DNA of 64,000 nt from an uncultured Candidatus Poseidoniales archaeon (GCA_905182725.1 CAJJCQ010000013.1:1849-65848); one strand, 5' to 3'. Counted from the stretch's first letter, positions 21,401-29,715 are shown. Notes: a model not told the origin generated them from the sequence alone. A program made the numbers and translations.

Positions 21401-21883
21401 CTCTCCCAAGGACTTTCATTCACCGAACAGCCTCATAATTGTCAAGATAAGAATGCTTCTTTTTCTCAAGAATTGTGCGCCTTAAACGGGACTGTTGGAC
21501 CGTATGAAATCAAGGCCGTTCTGTTTGATGGCGACGATTTTATCGAAACAACTTGGATGGTGACCTATACCGTATGGCATCCTCCTGTTCCTGAAGTTGA
21601 AGAAGAAGTTGTAGACCTCAATGAACAAGACAGCCAGTCGATTCTCCAATCCAATGCTTTGATCATTGCTCTTGGAGGTATAGTCGTGGTGCTTTCCCTT
21701 GTTTTGATATTCACGCGACGTCGAAACTCAATTCCAAGGCCGCAAAAACGCCCAATGCAGGCGCCAGAAATGTTTGCTACACCTCCGATGTACGGTGATG
21801 TCCCAGCAGCCCCAGATTTCTCGAAAATGGGCCAGTATGTGCCCCCATCAAACAATGATTGGGATTCCAATAAATGGAAGTAA
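18482..21883 (+). CDS. Membrane-anchored S8B (kexin/furin-like) serine protease with P-domain and Asp-rich repeats
   Basis: Signal peptide; PNDP..QWHL; triad IVDDG/HGT/GTSSATP, oxyanion GNG; LTWRDVQH; P-domain RGDL..LTSPSGT; C-terminal TM followed by RRRN. Confidence 0.95.
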   Translation: MRTCAILFVLVCSLLSPMASAFASPSSEPLETGITETRDGTLVESYSPIIQAALAHKSDLSIYSEAQLESATQWVVIAPQYAGEPAKELPGAWIVDVNPFEAPNLFSQQREDGMIEAAYPLVENDMQPRWVPNDPKFSDQWHLQNTGQTGGTSGEDVNITGAWNSYRGTGVVIGIVDDGLDWTHPDLDNYYESTLDYDFCGDDGDPSPSSNNAHGTASAGVAAGVGDNNIGVSGSAPKAGLAGLQLISCSTTDVREGGALGHERQDIDIYSNSWGPSDNGKTLEGPGPLMLAAMENDASIGRSGLGNIITWAAGNGLDDEDNSNYDGYANLRYTIAVTAVDHKGRQSYYAEPGANILVASPSNGDGESITTTDIEGSGGYTNNDYTDSFGGTSSATPLVSGVIALMLEANSNLTWRDVQHIIVLTSRKNDASDSSWGVNGAGHEVSHKYGYGVIDAGAAVSMAESWTSVEEEVSFSSGTTTVDTDIPDNSPNYISSNTTVTDAILVENVDIIVDIPHDFRGDLEIILTSPSGTESVLSEKHDDDNSDYNNWRFSTVHNWDEDSRGNWTLTVEDQGNNDVGSFDEWELIIYGTQMNLDSDGDNLSDTNETEVYGTDPNDIDTDDDTINDGAEVLIYGTNPLLSDTDADGLSDGVEINVNGTDPLDNDTDDDLLLDGEEVLLYGTNPLVPDPDNDGDAFYWFQDCNDTNAMVYPGALEVLNGIDDNCDGQWDEGFNATDTDGDGLSDFGEFHVFGTNLSDADTDGDFLNDGEEVLTLLTDPLVKDNDTDMDGFYWFEDCNDTNSSIYPGALELLDNIDNNCDGEADESFIGTDADADGLLDLVEFLEIGTDPFDDDTDGDGLRDGIEVLSTFTNPFVIDPDADQDGFRWFLDCDDNDSARSPNALEIWNGLDDDCDGGIDESVDRRSGLTPAPLMSDLVLNATNDTLELALSLELDDASIQRLNLTVQWYRNQSLLSQGLSFTEQPHNCQDKNASFSQELCALNGTVGPYEIKAVLFDGDDFIETTWMVTYTVWHPPVPEVEEEVVDLNEQDSQSILQSNALIIALGGIVVVLSLVLIFTRRRNSIPRPQKRPMQAPEMFATPPMYGDVPAAPDFSKMGQYVPPSNNDWDSNKWK
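20270..21238 (+). repeat. Intragenic protein repeat array: 8 DxDxDGLxDxxE..GTxP (TSP3-like) units and 3 DCxD..PG/NA.E..DDxCDG (MopE-like) units in order 4A-B-2A-B-2A-B
   Basis: Read directly from the translation. Confidence 0.85.
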
Positions 21884-24061
21884 TCACACTGGATTAGTGA
21901 TTATACTCCAGCCGATGAGTCGGCCTTCTGCAGCATCTGCAATGAGGTTCAACTGATTGTGTTCACCGTTTTCATCCCACGTTCGAGAAATGTCAAGAGT
22001 AACTGCTCCATCTCCACCATCACCAATTTGTGAGAGAAGGGAGCCGATATCATCGCCAGGAACCGCAATCAAGTACCCCACCTTTACATCATTCTGATAC
22101 TCGCCAGATGAAGTAAAGAAGCGTTCTGAACCGGCCAGCATATCGTAACGAGATGAGTCTGAAAACCATGATTCAAGCGTGGTGATGTTGTATGTACTTG
22201 GGATCGAGTCCCTGTTCCAAGAAGTCAAATCCAAATCGCCTCTTTTGTCATATTGGCAATTATCTGCATTTGGTATTCCTGTGAGATTGAACTGGACCCA
22301 GCCCGCTTGTTTATCTGTTGCAACCCAAGAAAGGTTCCACTGCGATACGGATGATGAGATCTGCTCGGTCGTACCGCGCCAAATGTAGCCGTTTTCTTCA
22401 AGGGCTCTGGATGCTCCAGGGGCAATTGTGTTTGGCCATTCCTCGAAACAAGCAAGGGCATCCTCAAAGGTATGCTGGCGAAGTGTTGAGTCATCTGGCA
22501 TATGAAGTTCATATTCCCCCCATGCTTCCAGTTCACTGTTTGACGGGCCAAGTTGATTGGCTTGAGGTTTAGAAGCATAGGTCAAACCAAGGTCCAATTG
22601 TTTTTGTCCACGGGTCAATGAAGTTTTAGCAAAGGTGTGATGCAACTCTAATTCCCCTTCAGGTAAGACGTAATCGTTCAGTAATTGAGATGCTGGAGAG
22701 CAACCCGATTGTCCGGCTTGTGTCTCTGAAATCAAAACATCAACTGTTTGTTTTGCCGCCCAAGGATTTCCTTCTTCAACCCACAAATTCATGGTGGCAG
22801 AACCTAAACAATATGCTTCGATATCATGGTGTGTAGCGACAATCTTCCAAGCAGGATTCCCTCCATATTCATCGATGCCAATCACGCGCCAATCCCATCC
22901 AAGATTACTTCCGGTTGCACCTTTGTCAATGAGGTCGTTCGCAAACAAATGTTGAATTTCTACGGGTTGCATCATCAAAGCAAGTCCTGGTGCAAGCGTC
23001 TCTAGCCCACCGAGTAAGCCTCCAACGCCATAACTTACCGCCGTACCTTGGTATTTGCCAATTGGAGAAGGGAGGTCGATTCCCCAATTCAACTCAGTTG
23101 CTTTGGTATCTTGATTTCGAAGTTCGATATATTTGGTCGAAGAAAGGTCTGCAGTTCCTGAGCCGGTGATCGCTCCGAATTCACATATACTTCCTATTGA
23201 AAGATGGCGATGTACTCGGAATGGATTCAATGAATTGGTATTGACTGTTTCAACAGCAAGCCATTCTGCACCCATTCCTCCAACGATACGTACTGCTCCT
23301 AAACGGTCTGTTGAACCTCCTTCATTTACCAATTCACTCGTGCCGCCATCGGTAATGGAAAGACTACCTGCGCCACCAAAATCAAGAGAGAGTTTACAAA
23401 TCTCGTCATCTGTTTCAAGTTGATCCATGACCAATTCAACAAACCCTTCAGTGGCAAGGAAAGTTGCCAATCCGTTTTCATCACCGGTGATCTGGTACTG
23501 CATACTGTCGCCGTAACGAAGTTGTTCAGCAGTGAATGAGTCGAGCTGGTTGTCGAGATAATAATATCCACCTGCACCGACAATAATCAAAGTGAGCAGA
23601 ACCGCAGCGACTTGTGGTTTGCGAATGAGGTCAATAAGGGTGGCAGGGCCTTCACGCACCTGCTTTTTCTTCATGTTCGGTTTCTTTCTTTTTGCAGATG
23701 GTTCTTCGTCAACAAATTCTGCATCCAGTATCTCTGCATCGAGAATACTTTCTTCTTCAGATGAATCTTCATCATCTATGACATCGTGCTCTTTAGTAGG
23801 GGTTATTGTATCTTCATCTTCCATCGAAAGGACAATTTCCTTTTCTGGTTCTACTTCTGGTTTCTTCTCTTTTTTGGGCTTTGAAACAGCTTGAACCTTT
23901 ACTTTTGAGGGTAAGCCAACTTCCTTATTTGAAAGACCAGAGTCAAGCAGACGCTCAACCAAATCTGATTTTTTCCCGCTGGTAGGTAAATCGTTAAGGA
24001 TGCATAATGCTTTGAGTTTTGCAACTGTCAAAGAAGATGTTTGCTCGTCCGACATCACCAA
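21884..24061 (-). CDS. SAP-domain single-pass membrane protein
   Basis: LTVAKLKALC...LPTSGKKSDLVERL (SAP), acidic/basic linker, one TM, ~550-aa distal domain. Confidence 0.8.
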   Translation of the reverse strand: MVMSDEQTSSLTVAKLKALCILNDLPTSGKKSDLVERLLDSGLSNKEVGLPSKVKVQAVSKPKKEKKPEVEPEKEIVLSMEDEDTITPTKEHDVIDDEDSSEEESILDAEILDAEFVDEEPSAKRKKPNMKKKQVREGPATLIDLIRKPQVAAVLLTLIIVGAGGYYYLDNQLDSFTAEQLRYGDSMQYQITGDENGLATFLATEGFVELVMDQLETDDEICKLSLDFGGAGSLSITDGGTSELVNEGGSTDRLGAVRIVGGMGAEWLAVETVNTNSLNPFRVHRHLSIGSICEFGAITGSGTADLSSTKYIELRNQDTKATELNWGIDLPSPIGKYQGTAVSYGVGGLLGGLETLAPGLALMMQPVEIQHLFANDLIDKGATGSNLGWDWRVIGIDEYGGNPAWKIVATHHDIEAYCLGSATMNLWVEEGNPWAAKQTVDVLISETQAGQSGCSPASQLLNDYVLPEGELELHHTFAKTSLTRGQKQLDLGLTYASKPQANQLGPSNSELEAWGEYELHMPDDSTLRQHTFEDALACFEEWPNTIAPGASRALEENGYIWRGTTEQISSSVSQWNLSWVATDKQAGWVQFNLTGIPNADNCQYDKRGDLDLTSWNRDSIPSTYNITTLESWFSDSSRYDMLAGSERFFTSSGEYQNDVKVGYLIAVPGDDIGSLLSQIGDGGDGAVTLDISRTWDENGEHNQLNLIADAAEGRLIGWSIITNPV

Positions 24062-24152
24062 ACCCTCACCTAGGCCTGTCGTCTTTCCCTTTCAAGTATG
24101 ACCCCAATTATGCCTCATAAAACCCGAGTTTTTGATACTCGTAGAGGTACGG

Positions 24153-25181
24153 TTATCCTTCATGGGGAGCGTAAGAGCCATCTGCATTTTGAACATAAAC
24201 CGTTTGCTCGTAACTGCCATCTGGTAATTTCTTGAAGAAATATCCACCCTCTGCCGGTTCAAAGGTTGCTTCGGGAGAAACGGGTTCTGGTTCGGCTTGA
24301 GCGATTTCCTCAACGGGTTCTGTTGGTGTTTGAGTCACTGGCGCTTCAACTGCTTGAGGGGGGCCTGCGGGGTCTGCACCTGGTGGGCCACCGGTTGGAC
24401 CTGCACTTGGGGGGCCGGTTGGACCTGCAGCAACACGTGCACCGGTGAGGGATGCCAAGACTTTGTCTTCAGTAGATTCGTCTCCATTTTCGAGAATCTT
24501 TTTGACATGAGCGCCGTGCTTTTGAGCTCCAATAAAGGCAAAGGCTGACAATGAAAGACAGATCATTCCGAAGAGTCCACCGATCACTTGATTTGGCCAC
24601 ATTTTACCTTTGACAGACATATCGTTGTTCGAGGTTTTGTCAACCTCACCGCTTGTCTCATTGAAATATTGAATAATCACACAATATTGCCCCGGGTCAA
24701 CAGAAAACTTGAACGTATATTCTTCATCTTCAATCAACGAATCAATCGACTGGTATTGATATGCGTGATTGGTTCCAAGTTTTGCTTCTTCAGTGAAAAT
24801 ACCGAGATTTTGTTGGCAATTGTTTTGTTTAATCACGTATGCATCGAGGCGTATCTCAGAATGAGTCGGTGGAGAGGATGTCAAAACTTCCAGATGGAGG
24901 GGGGCGTCAAACAAATCGTCACCGGGTAAAGAAGGACCCCAAACAAACCCGATATCTTTCTCAACTGAATGGGTGAAGTCGTCATAACCAGCACTGAAAG
25001 GCATTGGGAAGAGAGCAAATGTGAACATCAGAACCGCGATACCGAGCCACAAAAAAACATTCCAGCGCGATTTTTTTAATTCCTCTTTCCGTTGGTCCAA
25101 AGTGAGGGTTTCTTCAATTTCCTCTTGGTCAACATTGGTAGTGATTTTTTCACTAACAGCCACTGCCCCTTCTTCGGTCAT
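24153..25181 (-). CDS. Hypothetical 2-TM protein with Pro/Gly-rich linker
   Basis: Two TM segments and GPTGPP repeats. Confidence 0.75.
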   Translation of the reverse strand: MTEEGAVAVSEKITTNVDQEEIEETLTLDQRKEELKKSRWNVFLWLGIAVLMFTFALFPMPFSAGYDDFTHSVEKDIGFVWGPSLPGDDLFDAPLHLEVLTSSPPTHSEIRLDAYVIKQNNCQQNLGIFTEEAKLGTNHAYQYQSIDSLIEDEEYTFKFSVDPGQYCVIIQYFNETSGEVDKTSNNDMSVKGKMWPNQVIGGLFGMICLSLSAFAFIGAQKHGAHVKKILENGDESTEDKVLASLTGARVAAGPTGPPSAGPTGGPPGADPAGPPQAVEAPVTQTPTEPVEEIAQAEPEPVSPEATFEPAEGGYFFKKLPDGSYEQTVYVQNADGSYAPHEG

Positions 25182-25234
25182 ATTAACCCCGATTTCGAGC
25201 GAGCACTTGAAAGGCGCGACTGAATCTCGCAAGC

Positions 25235-26476
25235 ATGGAGGAGTATGGCGTGAAGAGGACAGAAGGGGTATTGCCTGATGTTGACCTTCGTATTGCTATT
25301 CTCTCAAGAGGCCCGCGCCTCTACAGCACCAGAAGATTGGTCGAAGAGGCACGGAAACGGGGGCTGGACCCTTATGTCGCAGATCCAATGAAGTTTTCAT
25401 TATTCGTTGCAGATGGTATGATTGATATTTTGCACAACGGTGAGTTATTCGATTTTGATGCTGTAATTCCTCGCATCGGTCATTCAATCACCAAGCACGG
25501 TGTTGCTGTACTCCGCCATCTCGAACAACTCGGAATATGGACTGCAAATACTGGAACTGGGATTCTTCAAAGCCGGGATAAACTCCATGCAACGCAAATT
25601 CTCGCACGGAACAGGATCCCGGTCCCTCGTACCACCTATGTTCGAGACATCATTGATGTCGAAACTGCAGTTGATTTTGTCGGCGGACTACCTGTTGTCA
25701 TCAAAGTCACACAAGGAACGCAGGGCCAAGGTGTGTTTTTGCGCCACACAATTCGAGAAGCGCGGAACCTTGTCCAAGGACTGTTGCTCACTGGTCGCTC
25801 AATCTTGATTCAAGAATACATTGCTGAATCCCATGGTAAAGATGTTCGAGCATTCGTAGTTGGAGACCGGGTCGTTGCGAGTATGCGCCGGCGCGCCCGT
25901 GGGAGAGAGTTTAGGAGCAATTATCACCTCAATGGAACGGTTGAAAGCGTAGATCTGCCAAAAGAATTCGAAGAGGCAGCATGCCGAGCAGCACGAGTCC
26001 TTGGGCTACATATTGCCGGCGTTGACCTACTTGAATCAAGAAATGGACCGTTGGTTCTTGAAGTCAATTCATCCCCTGGACTCGAGGGTATCGAGAAAGC
26101 AAGTGGCGTCAATGTCGCTGGAGAGATTATTGATTATGTCACAAGTGAAACTGCTTTTGCGGAAGTCGATCTTGACCAATTACTCCGAACTGTCCCTGGT
26201 GCCGGAGTTCTGTCACTTCAAATCCGCAACCATCCAAAATTTGTGGGTCAAACGCTTGCGAGTGTTTTCAAATCAAATTCTGAAATTCCTGTTTTTGCTC
26301 TTTCTCGCGATAACAGTTTATTGTGGAATCCATCAAATGAACTGCAATTGCGATATGAGGATGTGCTCATTTGTTACGGTGAACTCACAGAATTGAGAAC
26401 TTCCCTCCGCCAGGCAATGCTCGATGTACCACTGAAAGAGTTCAGTGAATCTTCAGCTGAAGAAACCAACGCTTGA
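25235..26476 (+). CDS. rimK: RimK family ATP-grasp ligase with C-terminal RCK_C/TrkA-C-like extension
   Basis: LYSTRRL, DAVIPRIG, RDK, GTQGQGV, QEYI, FRSN.H, GVDLL, EVNSSPG.EGIE; ~90-aa C-terminal domain VGQTL..P....L...D.L...G. Confidence 0.9.
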   Translation: MEEYGVKRTEGVLPDVDLRIAILSRGPRLYSTRRLVEEARKRGLDPYVADPMKFSLFVADGMIDILHNGELFDFDAVIPRIGHSITKHGVAVLRHLEQLGIWTANTGTGILQSRDKLHATQILARNRIPVPRTTYVRDIIDVETAVDFVGGLPVVIKVTQGTQGQGVFLRHTIREARNLVQGLLLTGRSILIQEYIAESHGKDVRAFVVGDRVVASMRRRARGREFRSNYHLNGTVESVDLPKEFEEAACRAARVLGLHIAGVDLLESRNGPLVLEVNSSPGLEGIEKASGVNVAGEIIDYVTSETAFAEVDLDQLLRTVPGAGVLSLQIRNHPKFVGQTLASVFKSNSEIPVFALSRDNSLLWNPSNELQLRYEDVLICYGELTELRTSLRQAMLDVPLKEFSESSAEETNA

Positions 26477-26477
26477 C

Positions 26478-26684
26478 GCTCGGCGTTGGACCAGGGGTCG
26501 TGTTCTCGATTCCTGTTTCGTGGGAACGCGCGGTGGTTTGATATGGGAGTCCGTATTCTTCTCTTCTGCTCTACGGAGCACGGGATGCACGCCCGCCCTA
26601 GGCGGGAGGCGGTGAACGCCAATGAACACACGGAGAGGAGAGGAGCGGAATCGCAAGGCTTTGAGGCCGAGCCAACTACGGCTC
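26478..26684 (+). ncRNA. Candidate structured non-coding RNA of unknown class between rimK and xerA
   Basis: About 61% GC by hand count; GCTCGGC/GCCGAGC terminal helix, TGCTC-TACG-GAGCA UNCG hairpin, CCCGCC-CTA-GGCGGG and GGCG-GTGAA-CGCC hairpins; G-U pairs favour the + strand. Confidence 0.6.
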
Positions 26685-26723
26685 AATGATGCCTCAGTTG
26701 TGCTTCCGCCGCGACTTATTCAC

Positions 26724-27719
26724 ATGCAAAACCTACCTTGGTTCGCCTGTTATATGCAGATGTTAAAGGCTGAGAATAAATCACTGAATACTCAAAAGTC
26801 CTATGCCAGTGGATTACGAGCATTAATTGAAACAACTCTTCCAGGAGAAAATGTTCTGAGTGAAGCGGAATACCAAGCGATAACTGTGTATGAATTGGCT
26901 GAACGAATGGAGCCTCTCAGTGGAAGAATGGATCGATGGACGCACGGATTATCGGACTTGCGCCCAACCACGTACAATGCACGGCTCGCAGCGGCTCGAC
27001 ATCTACTCAAATGGCTCGGACATCGCTGGCCTGACCATTTGGTTCGAGCACGAACTGGAAAACGACTCCCTCGTACTTTGAATCGAAGAGAGATGTCGAT
27101 GGTCTTGGATGCCTCTGCAAAAAGTGAAAACCCCGTAGCCTCTATCGTTGTTACAATGATGCTTGACACTGGCTTACGGGTCAGCGAGGTATGCAATCTG
27201 GATCGAAATGACATTGACCTCGAAGATGGGTCTGCTCGAGTTTATGGCGGCAAAGGGGACAAAGACCGTTTAGTACTCTTTACACGAAGAACACTTGAAC
27301 GCATCCATGCTTGGATCCCGATTCGGGATGCTCGTGTTCGTGATGATGATTTTGCATTTCTCTTGAATTCTGCTGGTCGGCGCCTACAACCTCGAGGTGT
27401 TCAACGCCTGATGGATTCGCTCGCTGTGGAAGCAGGGCTGCCAAAAGGGAAATTGACGCCGCACGTCTTACGTCATAATTTCGCAACAGGTTTGTTGGAA
27501 CGAGGTGCTGATTTGGTGACCATTCAACGACTCCTCGGCCATTCAAGTATTGCAACCACTCGAGTTTACCTTGAAATCTCTGACCAAACATTACGTGAAG
27601 TCTACCATAGGGCTCAGGCAACACGAGAAACGCTCGAAGCGGCTGCTGCTGCAAGCATAAGTGAACAAGAGGAGCTCATCGAGACCACACCGTCGACCAG
27701 TTCGGTCGGTATTGAGTGA
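26724..27719 (+). CDS. xerA: XerA-type tyrosine recombinase
   Basis: TGLRVSEV (R), GKGDK (K), HVLRH (HxxR), LGHSSIATTRVY (H, Y); N-terminal KS.NT.KSY; start set at ATG 26724 (ORF track opens at 26622). Confidence 0.9.
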   Translation: MQNLPWFACYMQMLKAENKSLNTQKSYASGLRALIETTLPGENVLSEAEYQAITVYELAERMEPLSGRMDRWTHGLSDLRPTTYNARLAAARHLLKWLGHRWPDHLVRARTGKRLPRTLNRREMSMVLDASAKSENPVASIVVTMMLDTGLRVSEVCNLDRNDIDLEDGSARVYGGKGDKDRLVLFTRRTLERIHAWIPIRDARVRDDDFAFLLNSAGRRLQPRGVQRLMDSLAVEAGLPKGKLTPHVLRHNFATGLLERGADLVTIQRLLGHSSIATTRVYLEISDQTLREVYHRAQATRETLEAAAAASISEQEELIETTPSTSSVGIE

Positions 27720-27720
27720 A

Positions 27721-27903
27721 TCACGTGCGCTTTTGTTTTCGCTTTTTGATTATGGTTGGGCCTGTCCATTCGCGATGTGGTTTGATCTCTTGCCCACTGT
27801 GGCCTTCAATTGGACAAAATTTACCTGAACGGCATCGCGAACATTTTTCTTTTGACGGCATTTCAACGGTCTTTCTCAACCGACCGTATTTTCGCCGAGG
27901 CAT
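27721..27903 (-). CDS. Small basic Zn-finger protein
   Basis: 60 aa, K/R-rich, C-x2-C-x5-C-x4-H; fills the gap exactly. Confidence 0.65.
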   Translation of the reverse strand: MPRRKYGRLRKTVEMPSKEKCSRCRSGKFCPIEGHSGQEIKPHREWTGPTIIKKRKQKRT

Positions 27904-27960
27904 GAAATGTTGTGCGCCGAGGCGGTATTCAATGCTAGCGCTTCATTACGTGAAAGAGTT

Positions 27961-28497
27961 TCACTTTTTATTGAACCATGGCATATCGGTCACTTTACGT
28001 GGCACTCGGAGCGTAGTTCCTTTTCGTCCATCCGAAGATTTGGATGATTTAACGGTGTGATTAACCTTGGAAACAGTTGCCTTCTTGGCTTCCGTTGCTT
28101 TCTTAGAAACTTTCTTGGCAGCGGCTTTGGTTTTCGAAGCGGCCTTCTTCGATACTGACTTGGTGGCAACCGTCGCTTTCTTTGCTGCCGTCTTGGCTTT
28201 TGACGCAGTCTTTTTAGCCACAGAAGAGGATTTCTTTGCGGTGGATTTGGTCACTGTCTTTGCCTTTGAAGCGACTTTCTTTGCCGACTCTGAGGCTTTA
28301 CTTGCAACCTTGGCAGCTGCACTTACTTTCTTTGCAACCGCAGCACTAAGGCCCGCATCTTGAAGTTTTTTAGAACTTGCAGAAGCAACCTTTGCGACTG
28401 AATCGATCTTTGAACTGACTAATTTTTTTGCTGTTGCTGCTCCAATACCTGGGAGTGATGTTAACGCGTCGATTTTGGAATTACTCTTTACAGCCAT
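27961..28497 (-). CDS. Helix-hairpin-helix protein with histone H1-like Ala/Lys-rich tail
   Basis: LTSLPGIGAATAKKL HhH followed by ~100 aa of AKK/SKA repeats. Confidence 0.85.
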   Translation of the reverse strand: MAVKSNSKIDALTSLPGIGAATAKKLVSSKIDSVAKVASASSKKLQDAGLSAAVAKKVSAAAKVASKASESAKKVASKAKTVTKSTAKKSSSVAKKTASKAKTAAKKATVATKSVSKKAASKTKAAAKKVSKKATEAKKATVSKVNHTVKSSKSSDGRKGTTLRVPRKVTDMPWFNKK

Positions 28498-28600
28498 TGG
28501 CTCACCAAACACTCCATGGCGGGCGCTACTCATCAATTCTTCTCTTCTTCAGTTTGTCACAAGGCGTCGAATTGATGATGTGTGGAGGGGCCGGAGTAGT

Positions 28601-29467
28601 ATGGGCAACCGCGGGTATGATGAGAGTGCGCTCGTAGTGTATGCCCAAGTAGGTCAGGCAAAAGCGAATCATCGAGTTGAAAATGATACTGGCTTTTTGA
28701 GACCTAAATCATTCACTCTACCGAGTAAAGTGGTCTACCTCGGAGATGTTGCCACACATGCTTTGGCCTATCTTGAAAATCCGGAAACACCTCACTTTTC
28801 TGAACCACCGCAATTCAATGAGCAGAAATGGAAGTTTGAAACGCAAAGCGGAGGTTTAGGATTGACAATCTCCTCAACATCATATTGGGGCTTTGGATTA
28901 TTCAACTCAGGTTACCTTAACCGAATTGTACTCAAAGGTTCGCCGCAATCGTATGCTCGGTTGCTGTTCGACCTTTCTGCATCTCTTGGACATCGGCCCT
29001 GGGAGTTTTTCCACTCCTCGGCCGCACGGAAGTATCTCGCGAAAGAAGGCGCTGGCGTTTCCCTTGAATCGAATGAAGAGTCTTGGAAAAAAGCCTTTGA
29101 AACTGCTCGTTCTGTTTTTGATGAACAAATATTCATGGTTGAAGAACAAGGTAAAGCGGTACAGAAGCGAATGAAAAATAGACTCGGCTCTGAAGACTGG
29201 AACGCAATGCAAGCAGAGAAGGCTATCCAGCATGCAGACTATGACTTGGAAGTCGCACGCGGGGCTTTGGCAGACGGAAATGCCCCTGGGTTCGAACGCG
29301 CATTGGCAAGAGCTGAGGCATACTTTATCGAAGCGGACCCTGATGGAAGTCGGTCGTATTCGGCGAGTGATATGTATGAAATTCCCCAAGGGCAAATTCT
29401 TGACATCGGCACTTCAGAAGCTGAGATTTCATTTGTGGATTTGACATCAAATGATGAAGAAGAGTAG
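28601..29467 (+). CDS. Hypothetical protein
   Basis: Long ORF with acidic tail; start moved to ATG 28601. Confidence 0.7.
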   Translation: MGNRGYDESALVVYAQVGQAKANHRVENDTGFLRPKSFTLPSKVVYLGDVATHALAYLENPETPHFSEPPQFNEQKWKFETQSGGLGLTISSTSYWGFGLFNSGYLNRIVLKGSPQSYARLLFDLSASLGHRPWEFFHSSAARKYLAKEGAGVSLESNEESWKKAFETARSVFDEQIFMVEEQGKAVQKRMKNRLGSEDWNAMQAEKAIQHADYDLEVARGALADGNAPGFERALARAEAYFIEADPDGSRSYSASDMYEIPQGQILDIGTSEAEISFVDLTSNDEEE

Positions 29468-29523
29468 TTTTCGTGGCCGCGTCGCGTTGATAAAGGTGTG
29501 GCAACTCGCAGAGATTGGTCCAC

Positions 29524-29715
29524 ATGGCTTCAAAGAAGAAATCCGACGGTAGCGGTATTCAACAGGCTGCAGGTCTTATTCGATATTTCGATGAAGAATC
29601 AGAAGATGCTTGGAAGATTACTCCGTTCCAAGTATATGCAGCATGTATCGGTCTTGGAACATTTTTCTACCTTGTAAATCAAGGCGTTATCTCGTGGATT
29701 CTTGACCTGTTCTGA
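29524..29715 (+). CDS. secG: Preprotein translocase subunit Sec61-beta
   Basis: AGLIRYFDEE...KITP followed by a TM helix. Confidence 0.92.
   Translation: MASKKKSDGSGIQQAAGLIRYFDEESEDAWKITPFQVYAACIGLGTFFYLVNQGVISWILDLF

Noticed and set aside
26478..26684. Identification as RNase P RNA, SRP RNA, tRNA or a dif site
   Set aside because: No GAGGAAAGTCC, no CAGG..GNRA..AGCA helix 8, no cloverleaf and no AT-rich 11-6-11 palindrome seen by eye; a covariance search is still needed
26486..26689. 67-aa + ORF, overlapping short - ORFs and the 26622 extension of xerA as the explanation of the gap
   Set aside because: No protein-like features; open frames are expected in GC-rich sequence; dense base pairing explains the region better
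26724..27719. xerA as the integrase of a provirus or island
   Set aside because: Flanked by ordinary cellular genes; no att repeat, adjacent tRNA or viral genes seen; motifs fit chromosomal XerA
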